From the NCBI GenBank assembly GCA_016432365.1, contig CP066686.1, positions 192,355 through 256,354 on the forward strand: a stretch of DNA of 64,000 bases, written 5' to 3'. Positions within the stretch are counted from its first letter, which is position 1. Each line of letters opens with the position of its first letter. The position numbers and the translations under genes were made by a program. Below, in pieces: positions 10,191 to 19,283 of the stretch. Below the pieces are notes generated by a model. The model was not told where the DNA came from, made no database searches, and saw only the letters and a program-made list of their open reading frames with translations. Source of the stretch: Candidatus Woesebacteria bacterium (lineage in GTDB: Bacteria > Patescibacteriota > Microgenomatia > UBA8517).

Positions 10191-11960
10191 CTAGATTTTT
10201 GTTCCTCGGAGATAAACTGCCGCCCAAGGGCGATAGTTGCTGACAAAAGTCTTTTCGAATATTACTTCGCCGGCACGCTTAACAGAATAGTTAAACGAGA
10301 CCTTGGCCCCGGTGGCGGCAAAATCTATCTGTTTAACGACCCCTAACGGGAGAGTGGGATCATCCTGATAGATCGTTGGAAGTGCGGGCACAATGTTTGA
10401 GACAACGGGTTTGGTAATTGAGGCAACTCTCCCGTCGCTTGTACCATAGATATCGAAGACCAGTGAATAATGTTTGGAGTCGGCTTTTGCCTCAATTAAT
10501 ATGTAGTTTTGTGTATTATTAATAAACTTAAAATCCGGAGATGGTCCATAAACCGTTGCATCGAGTCCGGGAGATGAATTTTGTTCATAGTACCCGACCT
10601 TGTATGCATGTGCGGCCCGTTCAATAATCGGAAGCCCGGCATTCAAAATCGCTCTAAAAAGAGTTGTTGAAACTTGACACACACCACCGCCGTCTCCGAG
10701 AATCGTTTTCCCCCCAGAAATTATATATGCCTGCTGATATCCGGTAAAAGCTGATACGTCCCCTAAAGTATCGTTAAATGAAAAAGTCTCACCTGGAGCC
10801 ACCAATGTTCCGTCAATTCGACTTGTAGCCAAGGCAACGTTGTAAACACGGGAAGGAATCGAGTGATAGTAAGTTGAAATACCGTGTCCGATTAACTCTT
10901 TTATACCAAGATTATTGACATTTTCAGTTGTCACATCGGGGGGTGTACGCTTAACAGGCAAGTCGAATGACGTTTCCGATTGATCGCTGGTAACCAAAAG
11001 ATTAAAAGAAGCAATAATTTTATCTTTTGTTTCTTCAGTGTTAACAGCAATGCCATCGAGAGCAGGTAGGAACTCTGTTACTTTTCCCCCATTAAAATCA
11101 AATTTAGGATTTTGTGGATTTCTATTTATTTTGTCGGAAATGCTTATCGTTTTTGAGTAAATCACTTCATCGTAAAATCCTCCTTTAAGATTTATGAATT
11201 TTAATAAGTCGGCGTCCGTTAAAACAAACTTATTAGATTCAAAATTTATTGTTATTTTTTTACCGACAAACTTTTGCACGAGAGCTTTGACAGTTTCCGC
11301 TTCTTGATCATCTAAAGATATATCTACTTTTTTGATGGGTATAGAAATTTGTTCTTCTGATGAGTACGCCAAACTCCTCCCGATTTCGGCTCTAAGTTTT
11401 TGCTGGTCAATTTCTGTGCCCGCCTTTCCTTTAAACACGTTAACCTTTCCGTTAACAATCTTTACAGATGGGGGAATTGGTTCTATATAATCTTGTCCGG
11501 CAATTACAGACAATATTTTTGTAAGTTTTTCTTCGTTCAGCTTCGTTGTTAGGCCAATAAATGTGGTATTACGTAGCAAATCTACTCTTTTAATCCAATC
11601 AAAAAAAATATTCCCCGTTCGGGCCAGATAATATGCTCTAATGGCCGAGTCGCTGAAGTTGTATGACAAATCAATGTCTTTTGTCTTTATTTCAAAAAAC
11701 TGAGTTCCGTCAGTCAAAACCAATTTTTTTGGAACGACAATTCTGTTAGTTAATAATATACCAGCCTCATCAATTTTTAAGCCACCCAGGTTGGTTTCTC
11801 CAACAAAAGTATTAGGGTATATTTTATCCGTGAATTTGTAATTATAGACTGCAAACATCCCTAATAAGATAGACAATAATATTAGAAGAGGTGTCGTCAA
11901 TCGTAATTTTTGCATATACCAAAAAAGGTCTTTGCCCGCCTGACTTTCATATGGTAACAT
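10191..11960 (-). CDS. VanW family protein (N-terminal TM anchor, C-terminal VanW domain)
   Basis: 589 aa; VanW-like core GETFSFNDTLGDVSAFTGYQQAYIISGGKTILGDGGGVCQVSTTLFRA. Confidence 0.7.
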   Translation of the reverse strand: MLPYESQAGKDLFWYMQKLRLTTPLLILLSILLGMFAVYNYKFTDKIYPNTFVGETNLGGLKIDEAGILLTNRIVVPKKLVLTDGTQFFEIKTKDIDLSYNFSDSAIRAYYLARTGNIFFDWIKRVDLLRNTTFIGLTTKLNEEKLTKILSVIAGQDYIEPIPPSVKIVNGKVNVFKGKAGTEIDQQKLRAEIGRSLAYSSEEQISIPIKKVDISLDDQEAETVKALVQKFVGKKITINFESNKFVLTDADLLKFINLKGGFYDEVIYSKTISISDKINRNPQNPKFDFNGGKVTEFLPALDGIAVNTEETKDKIIASFNLLVTSDQSETSFDLPVKRTPPDVTTENVNNLGIKELIGHGISTYYHSIPSRVYNVALATSRIDGTLVAPGETFSFNDTLGDVSAFTGYQQAYIISGGKTILGDGGGVCQVSTTLFRAILNAGLPIIERAAHAYKVGYYEQNSSPGLDATVYGPSPDFKFINNTQNYILIEAKADSKHYSLVFDIYGTSDGRVASITKPVVSNIVPALPTIYQDDPTLPLGVVKQIDFAATGAKVSFNYSVKRAGEVIFEKTFVSNYRPWAAVYLRGTKI

Positions 11961-11984
11961 TTAGTTGGGTTAATATCCTAACAT

Positions 11985-13370
11985 ATGCCTCCACAAAACA
12001 GTCCACAACCACAACCGCAAGCACAACAACCTGTAAAACCGGCAATACTTCCACCGCTTCCAAAAAGGGAGTTCCCTAAAGTAATTATTTGGATAGGGCT
12101 GGTCGTTGTGGTTCTTATATTGGCCTTTGTTATTTTTAGTCTTTTGACCAAATCTAAAACAAAATCGTCCGCAATTGTATGGTGGGGTTTATGGGAGGAC
12201 GATGCCAATGTTTCTTCTTTGATTTCGGCGTATGAATCTTCTCATCCCAACGTAAAAATTACATATGTAAAACAGTCCCCTCAGGATTATCGGGAGCGGT
12301 TGACCAACGCTCTTGCCAAAGGCACGGGTCCGGACATATTTAGATTCCACAATACGTGGGTTCCTATGTTCAAAAATGATTTAGATGTTCTCCCTCCCTC
12401 TGCGATGAGCCCTGCTGAATATGCAAAAACTTTTTATCCCGTTGCCTCGTCCGACCTCACAAGCGGTACGGGAATAGTGGGAATTCCTCTAGAGTATGAT
12501 GCGTTAACACTCTATATAAATGAGGACATCTTCAATAAGGCCGGAAAAACTCCGCCAGCCACTTGGGACGAGCTTAGAAACCTAGCAAGTCAGTTGACTG
12601 TCAAGGACGACCAAGGAACAATAACTCAATCGGGAGTAGCGATGGGGAGAACTGAAAATGTGGATCATTGGCCGGAAATTTTGGCACTTCTCATGATTCA
12701 GAACGGTGTCGATTTATCAAACCCTACGGGAAAAATTGCCGAAGACGCGCTCAGTTTTTTTACATATTTTGCTTCAACTGACGGAGTTTGGGATGTCACG
12801 CTTCCCCCTTCCACTCAGGCATTTGCTTCAGGAAAGCTCGCTATGTATTTTGGGCCAAGTTGGAGAACCTTCGAGATCTCTCTGGCAAATCCTAATTTAA
12901 AGTTTAAAACGGTCCCGATACCACAGCTACCAAAAGATAATCCGAACCAGCCGGATATTACATATGCAACATATTGGGCTGAGGGTGTATGGTCCAAAAG
13001 CACCAAAAAGGCCGCAGCCTGGGATTTCCTTAAATTTTTAAGTACCCAGGACTCGGCCCAGAAGCTGTTTCAGAATGAATCAAAAGTAAGGTCTTTCGGC
13101 GAACCTTATTCAAGAATCGATATGGCGAACCTTTTGAATACACATCCCATTTTAGGATCAATTATCACTCAAGCCCCTGGAGCTGCTAGCTGGTATTTAG
13201 CCTCGCGCACTTTTGATGGTCCCACAGGAATTAATTCACAAATGGCCAACTATTTTGGCGACGCAGTTAATTCCATGTCCGAAGGTAATACAACCCCAAC
13301 GAAAGCACTAGAAGCTGCGGCTCAAGGGGTAAGTCAGGTATTGGTTCAATATAGACTTATCGCAAAATAG
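11985..13370 (+). CDS. Extracellular solute-binding protein (ABC-type family 1), membrane-anchored by an N-terminal Pro/Gln-rich segment plus TM helix
   Basis: 461 aa; SBP_bac_1-like core (GPDIFRFHNTWVPMF..., GIPLEYDALTLYINEDIFNKAGK); no adjacent permease or ATPase genes. Confidence 0.7.
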   Translation: MPPQNSPQPQPQAQQPVKPAILPPLPKREFPKVIIWIGLVVVVLILAFVIFSLLTKSKTKSSAIVWWGLWEDDANVSSLISAYESSHPNVKITYVKQSPQDYRERLTNALAKGTGPDIFRFHNTWVPMFKNDLDVLPPSAMSPAEYAKTFYPVASSDLTSGTGIVGIPLEYDALTLYINEDIFNKAGKTPPATWDELRNLASQLTVKDDQGTITQSGVAMGRTENVDHWPEILALLMIQNGVDLSNPTGKIAEDALSFFTYFASTDGVWDVTLPPSTQAFASGKLAMYFGPSWRTFEISLANPNLKFKTVPIPQLPKDNPNQPDITYATYWAEGVWSKSTKKAAAWDFLKFLSTQDSAQKLFQNESKVRSFGEPYSRIDMANLLNTHPILGSIITQAPGAASWYLASRTFDGPTGINSQMANYFGDAVNSMSEGNTTPTKALEAAAQGVSQVLVQYRLIAK

Positions 13371-13378
13371 TTAATATT

Positions 13379-14248
13379 ATGCCCAACCTCTATTCGATCA
13401 ACGTAAGTTCGTCTCCTTCGCGAAGTCTCTTACCAGATGAAATAAAAGCCGTTGTTTACCATGATTGTTTTGATTGCCCTCTAAGTTTTTCCGAAATGAT
13501 TAAGTGGAGGTCAACAAATTTAGCCGATATAAAAATTGATATGCATGAAGTTGTTGTTCGTAACGGTTATTGTTTTTTGGGGGGAAGAGAAGGGTTGATA
13601 TATAAAAAATCTTTACGCCAAAGGATTTCTGCCAAGAAAACGGAAATTGCCAAACGTGCGGCTAAGATTTTATCATTGGTTCCGGGAATAAAAATGGTGG
13701 CGGTTACGGGTTCCTTGGCAATGGAGAACTCTGATGATGAAAGCGATATAGATTTAATGATTGTTACAAAGACCGGAAGGCTCTGGACCACCCGTCTTTT
13801 GTCCTACCTTTCACTTTATGCTTTTCGATTTTCGCTTCGTAGCCCAAATGACAAAAATCAAAAGGACAAGCTCTGTTTAAATATGTGGCTCGACGAGCAC
13901 GACCTGGTGTGGCGTGAACGTAATATTTACACTTCCCATGAGATAGCTCAGATACTCCCTCTGGTTAATAAGGACAAAACTTACGAGAAGTTTTTATATA
14001 AAAATAAATGGATTTTGGAGTATTGGCCAAATGCGGTTAGGATAAATGAAGAGGGAAGAGTGAAGAGCGAAAAAGTTTTTAGCTCTTCGTTTTTCGCTTT
14101 TACTTTGCGATTGGTTGAAAAGATCGCATTCTGGCTCCAGTACAGACATATGAGGTCTAAAATTTCCCGTGAGGTAATATCTCCAACCCGAGCCCTCTTT
14201 CACCCTCAAGATTGGGGAAAGGTTGTTATGGGGAGACTTTCTCCCTGA
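13379..14248 (+). CDS. Nucleotidyltransferase-domain protein (Pol beta superfamily)
   Basis: 289 aa; GS...D.D signature GSLAMENSDDESDIDLMIV; remainder unassigned. Confidence 0.5.
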   Translation: MPNLYSINVSSSPSRSLLPDEIKAVVYHDCFDCPLSFSEMIKWRSTNLADIKIDMHEVVVRNGYCFLGGREGLIYKKSLRQRISAKKTEIAKRAAKILSLVPGIKMVAVTGSLAMENSDDESDIDLMIVTKTGRLWTTRLLSYLSLYAFRFSLRSPNDKNQKDKLCLNMWLDEHDLVWRERNIYTSHEIAQILPLVNKDKTYEKFLYKNKWILEYWPNAVRINEEGRVKSEKVFSSSFFAFTLRLVEKIAFWLQYRHMRSKISREVISPTRALFHPQDWGKVVMGRLSP

Positions 14249-14288
14249 TTCAACAACGCCCGCACTTCGTGAGGCAGGCATATGGCAC

Positions 14289-14317
14289 TTGACAGGGTCC
14301 GCTAGTGTTCGTAAAAT
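14289..14317 (+). promoter_or_regulatory. Sigma-70-type promoter of groES-groEL (TTGACA-N17-TAAAAT)
   Basis: TTGACA at 14289-14294, 17-nt spacer, TAAAAT at 14312-14317; about 70 nt upstream of the groES ATG. Confidence 0.5.
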
Positions 14318-14342
14318 AGCACTCAGTTGTTAAGAATGCTAA
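14316..14342 (+). promoter_or_regulatory. CIRCE operator (HrcA binding site) of the groE operon
   Basis: aTAGCACTC-agttgttaa-GAaTGCTAA matches the TTAGCACTC-N9-GAGTGCTAA consensus in 16 of 18 positions; lies immediately after the -10 element. Confidence 0.65.
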
Positions 14343-14389
14343 ATTTATTCTTGACAAACTTGTTTTCATATTTTAAATTTCAAAACGAA

Positions 14390-14698
14390 ATGACAAAACT
14401 TAATTTAAAACCAACGGCGGGATATCTTCTTATTGAGCCTTTGGAAAAAGAGGTCAAAACCGCTTCAGGAATTTACCTACCGGAAAATGCCGGCGAAAAA
14501 CCGCAAAAAGGTAAAGTCATAGCAACCGGCGCGGCCAGTTGTTCGGATTGCAAAGGTGGTAGTTGTTGCATGATAGATTCTCCGGCCAAAACAGGAGATG
14601 TTGTTTTATATAAAAAGTGGGGTGGAAATGAGGTTAAAATCGAAGGTAAAGAGTATTTGTTTGTGAAGTTTGAGGATGTTTTAGCCGTCGAGGCGTAA
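14390..14698 (+). CDS. groES: Co-chaperonin GroES (with a Cys-rich insertion in the roof-loop region)
   Basis: ORF 14327-14698; ATG at 14390 gives [21 protein letters not shown]...[14 protein letters not shown], canonical GroES ends. Internal segment [20 protein letters not shown] is atypical. Confidence 0.9.
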   Translation: MTKLNLKPTAGYLLIEPLEKEVKTASGIYLPENAGEKPQKGKVIATGAASCSDCKGGSCCMIDSPAKTGDVVLYKKWGGNEVKIEGKEYLFVKFEDVLAVEA

Positions 14699-14720
14699 AA
14701 CATCCTTCATAGATATCATT

Positions 14721-16352
14721 ATGGCTAAACAATTAAAATTTGGAACAGAAGCAAGAGAGTCACTTAAAAAAGGAATTGATATTGTGGCTAAAGCTGTGGT
14801 AACAACTCTTGGACCAAAAGGTAGGAATATTGCATTGGACAAAAAATGGGGAGCACCTAACATTGTTCACGACGGAGTGTCCGTTGCTAAAGAAATAGAT
14901 CTTCCGGATCCGTTTGAAAACATGGGAGCTCAACTTGTAAAAGAGGCCGCCAGTAAAACCAACGACAACGCCGGTGATGGAACCACAACCTCAACACTTC
15001 TGGCCCAGGTAATGACAGATAAGGGCATGAAGAAAATTGACGCGGGAGCAAACCCCATGATTGTTAAGAAAGGAATAGAAAAAGCAGTTGAAGCGGTTGT
15101 AGCAGAACTTAAAAAGATGGCAAAGCCGATCAAAGGTAAAGAAGAGATTGCTCAGGTTGCCACCATTTCGGCAGGAGATGAAGCAATTGGTGCAAAAATC
15201 GCTGAAGCACTCGATAAAGTCGGCCGCGACGGAGTAGTCACTGTTGAGGAGGGAAAAGGGCTCACAATCGATATTGAATACAAAGAAGGAATGGAATTTG
15301 ACAGGGGTTACGCTTCTGCATATTTCGTCACCAATGCTGACAAAATGGAGGCGGAAATCGAAGACGCTTACATCCTTCTTACAGACAAAAAGATTTCCTC
15401 TATCCAAGATCTTCTTCCTTTCCTGGAAAAATTCGTAAAGGTGAGTAAGAGTTTGGTAATTATTGCAGATGAGATTGACGGTGAGGCTTTGGCTACTCTT
15501 GTTGTTAACAAACTTCGTGGAACCTTCAATGTTTTGGCCATCAAGGCCCCAGGATTTGGGGACAGACGCAAGGAAATGCTGGAAGATATTGCAACCCTAA
15601 CAGGAGGAACTGTTATAAGTGAGGATACCGGTCGAACTTTTGAATCAATTGAAGTAACAGATTTAGGGAGGGCCGACAAAGTTTGGGCGGACAAGGACAA
15701 TGCAAGAATAATTGGAGGAAAAGGAGATAAAACCGCGATTAATAGCAGGGTAGAGTCAATCAAAAAACAGATTAAGGCCACAGATAGCGATTTTGACAAA
15801 GAAAAATTTGAAGAAAGATTGGCTAAACTTTCTGGCGGTGTTGCCCAGATAAACGTAGGAGCGGCTACAGAAATTGAACTTAACGATAAAAAAGAGCGAG
15901 TAAAAGATGCGGTTGGGGCCACCAAAGCTGCCGTAGAAGAGGGAATTGTTCCGGGAGGGGAAACCGCTCTTCTTAGGGCACGTGAGGTTCTAAAGGGTGT
16001 CAAAGTCGAAAAAGGAGATGAACAAATCGGCGTTGACATTATTTCCGAATCGCTTGAAGAACCCATAAAATGGCTTGCTAAAAATGCAGGTGACGATGAA
16101 AAAGCCGTTCTTAAGAAGGTTTTGGATTCGAAAGATAATGATTTTGGTTACAACGCACTAACTGGTGAATTTGGGTCGATGACTAAAATGGGAATAATCG
16201 ACCCTGTTAAGGTTACCAGAAGCGCACTACAAAACGCCGCAAGCGTTGCAATGATGGTTCTCACGACCGAAGGATTAGTAACAGACCTACCGGAACCCAA
16301 GAAAGATGTGCCACAAATGCCACCTGGAGGTATGGGTGGAATGGACTACTAA
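14721..16352 (+). CDS. groL: Chaperonin GroEL (60 kDa)
   Basis: 543 aa; unmistakable GroEL sequence ([14 protein letters not shown]..., [13 protein letters not shown]-terminal GGMGGMDY). Confidence 0.95.
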   Translation: MAKQLKFGTEARESLKKGIDIVAKAVVTTLGPKGRNIALDKKWGAPNIVHDGVSVAKEIDLPDPFENMGAQLVKEAASKTNDNAGDGTTTSTLLAQVMTDKGMKKIDAGANPMIVKKGIEKAVEAVVAELKKMAKPIKGKEEIAQVATISAGDEAIGAKIAEALDKVGRDGVVTVEEGKGLTIDIEYKEGMEFDRGYASAYFVTNADKMEAEIEDAYILLTDKKISSIQDLLPFLEKFVKVSKSLVIIADEIDGEALATLVVNKLRGTFNVLAIKAPGFGDRRKEMLEDIATLTGGTVISEDTGRTFESIEVTDLGRADKVWADKDNARIIGGKGDKTAINSRVESIKKQIKATDSDFDKEKFEERLAKLSGGVAQINVGAATEIELNDKKERVKDAVGATKAAVEEGIVPGGETALLRAREVLKGVKVEKGDEQIGVDIISESLEEPIKWLAKNAGDDEKAVLKKVLDSKDNDFGYNALTGEFGSMTKMGIIDPVKVTRSALQNAASVAMMVLTTEGLVTDLPEPKKDVPQMPPGGMGGMDY

Positions 16353-16454
16353 CTTCTAGCTAATAATCAAGAACTAATAATTTATGACATCCTCCTCACA
16401 TTTTGAATGCGAGGTTTCCCTTAAGGGAGGATGACATATCAGCGTTCAATTTAT

Positions 16455-16479
16455 CCTCGCAGCCTGCGAGGTTTTCTTG
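16455..16479 (+). terminator. Rho-independent terminator downstream of groEL
   Basis: Hairpin CCTCGCAgccTGCGAGG followed by TTTTCTTG. Confidence 0.6.
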
Positions 16480-16501
16480 AAAGCTGTTATAATTGCACTC
16501 A

Positions 16502-17098
16502 ATGTGGAAAGATGCTGAAGAATTTCTTCAAAAGGACAAATATATTGAACCTCTGATCAGAGCATGGGGACATTGTACAATTAAACCCATCGAAAAATCA
16601 AAATACTTTGAAGATTTGGTTAACGCAATTTGTTCACAACAACTTTCGGGCAAAGCCGCGGAAACAATTTTTGGCCGTGTAAAAAAAGCTCTAAACAACA
16701 AAATTACTTCAGAAAATTTAACAAAAATAGACACAGAAGAATTAAGAAAGTGTGGCCTTTCTTATGCAAAATGTTCATACGTTAAGGATTTAGCCCTAAA
16801 AGCTAAAAGCAAAAAGCTAAAAGTGAAAAGTTTGGATAGCCTCGCCGATGAAGAGGTGGTTAACGAACTGATCCAAGTAAAGGGAATAGGAAGATGGACC
16901 GCCGAGATGTTTTTAATGTTTAGTTTGGGTAGACAGGATGTTTTTCCGGTTGATGATCTCGGGATAAAAAAGGGGTTCGAGAAGGTAATCGGGAAAAAAT
17001 GGGACAAAATTAGATCTGCCAAATTTGCTCAAAAACACTGGTCCCCATATAGAACAATGGCCTCTTGGTATCTATGGCGATCGCTGGAAAACAGATAA
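16502..17098 (+). CDS. HhH-GPD family DNA glycosylase (DNA-3-methyladenine glycosylase II / AlkA-like)
   Basis: ORF begins at TTG 16493, first ATG 16502. Has an HhH motif (VKGIGRWTAEMFLMF) and a conserved Asp downstream (VFPVDDLGIKKG). Confidence 0.65.
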   Translation: MWKDAEEFLQKDKYIEPLIRAWGHCTIKPIEKSKYFEDLVNAICSQQLSGKAAETIFGRVKKALNNKITSENLTKIDTEELRKCGLSYAKCSYVKDLALKAKSKKLKVKSLDSLADEEVVNELIQVKGIGRWTAEMFLMFSLGRQDVFPVDDLGIKKGFEKVIGKKWDKIRSAKFAQKHWSPYRTMASWYLWRSLENR

Positions 17099-17116
17099 TT
17101 AGTCCCTACCGGATGG

Positions 17117-17809
17117 CTATCTGGGTATTACAGATAGGGGATTAAGTGGGGCACCGTTTTGGCGTACCTCTAAATGTAGATGAGGCCCGGTCGTATGGCC
17201 GGTAATACCTACTTTACCAATCTCCGTAGCAGTGGTGATCGTTTCCCCGGTTTTAACTTCGATTTTGGATAAATGGGCATATCGGGAGGTTAAACCTTTG
17301 CCGTGGTCTACGACTACTGTATTACCATAGCCGTCGGTGGCATACCCGGCTTCGATGACATGACCCGATTTAATTGGTTCTATAGGCTCTCCGACTTCTG
17401 CTCCAAAATCGATACCAGGGTGGAAAAAGCTATATCCCTGGTTAATTTTTACCTGAGAAAGCGGATATTGGGTTCCTATTTGGGTTTCAAGAGTATTTTG
17501 AGGCTCAATGACTACTTGATCGGAAGGAGTAGAACTTTCAAAGGCATTAACATCAGAAGCTTGATTAAAAGGTAAAAAAGAAGTGATAACGGCAATAGCA
17601 GCAAAATTAGTGGCCATAATGCGTCGTGCCTTTTTATGCCCGGTTATGTGCCTAATCACTTTACCAATAAGCGTGCCCTTTCTGTATTTTTTGTTCACAA
17701 AGGCCACAGTAGGCACAACAGGTTCATCCAACAAAGGTTTGCGCCTTTTTATCAAGCGAAAATGCATCGCAAGGCGGTACTTAGGCAGTTCGAGGCTAAA
17801 TTTTTTCAT
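17117..17809 (-). CDS. M23 family metallopeptidase (peptidoglycan DD-endopeptidase-like), signal-anchored
   Basis: LytM motifs HPGIDFGAEVGEPI, HGKGLTSRYAHL and GITGHTTGPHLHLEV. Basic N-terminus then hydrophobic anchor; the true start could be an internal Met (about 17609). Confidence 0.85.
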   Translation of the reverse strand: MKKFSLELPKYRLAMHFRLIKRRKPLLDEPVVPTVAFVNKKYRKGTLIGKVIRHITGHKKARRIMATNFAAIAVITSFLPFNQASDVNAFESSTPSDQVVIEPQNTLETQIGTQYPLSQVKINQGYSFFHPGIDFGAEVGEPIEPIKSGHVIEAGYATDGYGNTVVVDHGKGLTSRYAHLSKIEVKTGETITTATEIGKVGITGHTTGPHLHLEVRQNGAPLNPLSVIPR

Positions 17810-17863
17810 AATACCCCGCTCAGCGGGGCAAAGCCCTCCTTCGCTTCTGAAGCTACAGAAGGG

Positions 17864-17887
17864 TACAAAAAATCCCGCATAAGCGGG
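17864..17887 (-). terminator. Rho-independent terminator (minus strand) after the 17931-18362 gene
   Basis: On the minus strand, hairpin CCCGCttatGCGGG followed by ATTTTTTGT. Confidence 0.6.
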
Positions 17888-17897
17888 ACAAGCCGTG

Positions 17898-17927
17898 ATT
17901 ATACCTCGTGTGAAGACCCAATGTCAA
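17898..17927 (-). promoter_or_regulatory. Consensus sigma-70-like promoter on the minus strand (TTGACA-N18-TATAAT) ahead of the M23 peptidase gene
   Basis: Minus-strand TTGACA at 17927-17922 and TATAAT at 17903-17898, starting 3 nt after the upstream gene's stop codon; could be coincidental. Confidence 0.35.
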
Positions 17928-17930
17928 ATT

Positions 17931-18362
17931 TTAGAAGCTGACATCGTAATCAATAGCAGGAGGAGAAAGTTTCTGTTGACTGACATCAAGTGAATTGATC
18001 TGGCTGTTTAGTTCTTTTAGTTTGATCTCAGTTACTGACAATATGTCCCCGCTGGGTGTGGCGATTGGAGTTGTTACTACAAATGGTGTCGGGGTTTTCT
18101 TTGGAGGAATAAACACAACCGGGGCACTTCTTGTACCAAATAATAGCCCCAGTATGATTATTAAAAAAATCAAACCGAACGCCACGGTCACTGGAATAAA
18201 AACCTTCTTATTTGCATAAAATTTGATGAGTATGTTTTTGACAGGAAGTGGAAAAGAACCCCAAACTCTTAATAAGACCGTCTTTATTTTTCCAATAACT
18301 TCTGTAACACCGCCTTTAGGTTTGGGTTGAGTCACGGTTTGGTTGATTTCAGGGTTGTTCAT
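17931..18362 (-). CDS. Hypothetical membrane-anchored protein
   Basis: 143 aa; one TM helix (VTVAFGLIFLIIILGLLFG), Pro/Thr-rich exterior; no recognisable domain. Confidence 0.4.
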   Translation of the reverse strand: MNNPEINQTVTQPKPKGGVTEVIGKIKTVLLRVWGSFPLPVKNILIKFYANKKVFIPVTVAFGLIFLIIILGLLFGTRSAPVVFIPPKKTPTPFVVTTPIATPSGDILSVTEIKLKELNSQINSLDVSQQKLSPPAIDYDVSF

Positions 18363-19171
18363 TGCTGGTTTTTTATATAATTTAATACTTCTGTCAAAAA
18401 TTTATTAAATTGGGAAAGCTGCGGAACTCCCAACCCCAATATCTCAATACTGGCTTCAAAACTACCTTGAGGTGAGTATGATTGGTTGTAAATCTTTTGG
18501 ATCCGGGTTCTTACATCACTCTCATTTTGTTTAAGCATTGAGTCCGTCGCGTCAATGTCTGTCAACCAATGATTAAATGGATTACGGGTAAGTTTCCCCG
18601 TGGCCACCCCCGCGTCGATAGCTGTTTTTAGAGTTGAGTAGACAGCTTCATGCTCATTTCTTAGTGCGATTTCTTCCCCGAGTCCAATGTCCACCAGGGC
18701 TTCGTCGATAGTAAGAAGGGTATTGGCCTTATACCTTGCACGAGCCTCATCACTTCGGCTGAATAAAGTTTCTAAAGAATCGTTGGAATTGTATTTTTCT
18801 TTATCACTTTTATACCAATCCACCTCGGAGTCGATTTTGACAAAAATGTTATTTTTATCTTCACCACTTAGGCCTTTATCCTCAACTATTTTTTGTTTAA
18901 GCATTTGCATGTAGACTGTCATCATTTGATCCCTGGACCTAAGCATATTAAGGGTTTTTTGTCTGGCATCCTCCTTAAGTGAGAGGGTTTTGTTGGCTAG
19001 ATAAGAGTTTTTAGCATCCTGATAATCAGAGTAGGCCTGGTTGTATAAAGTTAGATTATAAAGATGGTCTTGATATGCTTTATTGAAGTCAAAGGTTTGG
19101 GCGTGAATACTAGTACTAAGTACTAAGTACAAAGAGCCAAGTACAAGCGTTGTTAGGACAGCCTTTTTCAT
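18359..19171 (-). CDS. Hypothetical secreted protein with signal peptide
   Basis: 270 aa; N-terminal MKKAVLTTLVLGSLYLVLSTSIHAQ signal peptide; otherwise unassigned; 4-nt overlap with the downstream gene. Confidence 0.5.
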   Translation of the reverse strand: MKKAVLTTLVLGSLYLVLSTSIHAQTFDFNKAYQDHLYNLTLYNQAYSDYQDAKNSYLANKTLSLKEDARQKTLNMLRSRDQMMTVYMQMLKQKIVEDKGLSGEDKNNIFVKIDSEVDWYKSDKEKYNSNDSLETLFSRSDEARARYKANTLLTIDEALVDIGLGEEIALRNEHEAVYSTLKTAIDAGVATGKLTRNPFNHWLTDIDATDSMLKQNESDVRTRIQKIYNQSYSPQGSFEASIEILGLGVPQLSQFNKFLTEVLNYIKNQQ

Positions 19172-19212
19172 ATTTATTTATTTTAACACGACAAACGCAT
19201 TTGAGAGAACTC

Positions 19213-19229
19213 GAGGCCGGAGCGGGAAT
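19213..19229 (-). repeat. 17-nt direct duplicate of the tRNA-Cys 3' end (acceptor 3' strand plus T-stem)
   Basis: gaggccggagcgggaat is identical at 19213-19229 and 19283-19299 (inside the tRNA); copies 70 nt apart. Confidence 0.7.
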
Positions 19230-19283
19230 TATGCGCAAAAATGCAATTCAATTTGCGCTGTCGATTGCCGATTCGGACTTCTG

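Noticed and set aside
14351-14379. Second TTGACA-N17-TAAATT promoter-like sequence just before the groES start
   Set aside because: It would leave only about 10 nt of leader and no room for an SD. The upstream promoter plus CIRCE arrangement is the canonical one. Probably AT-rich coincidence, though a secondary promoter cannot be excluded.
15368-16066. 232-aa minus-strand ORF inside groEL
   Set aside because: Antisense to an unmistakable GroEL coding region; Ser/Leu/Ala-rich nonsense typical of reverse-frame translation.
17303-17941. Three plus-strand ORFs (90-101 aa) overlapping the M23 peptidase gene and its upstream hairpin region
   Set aside because: Antisense to a well-supported peptidase CDS. 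The region 17810-17930 is better explained as structured non-coding RNA/DNA.
19172-19283. Whether a mobile element is integrated at the tRNA-Cys
   Set aside because: The duplicated tRNA 3' segments are only 70 nt apart and no integrase or foreign gene lies between or beside them. It is reported as a scar or hot site, not as an element.
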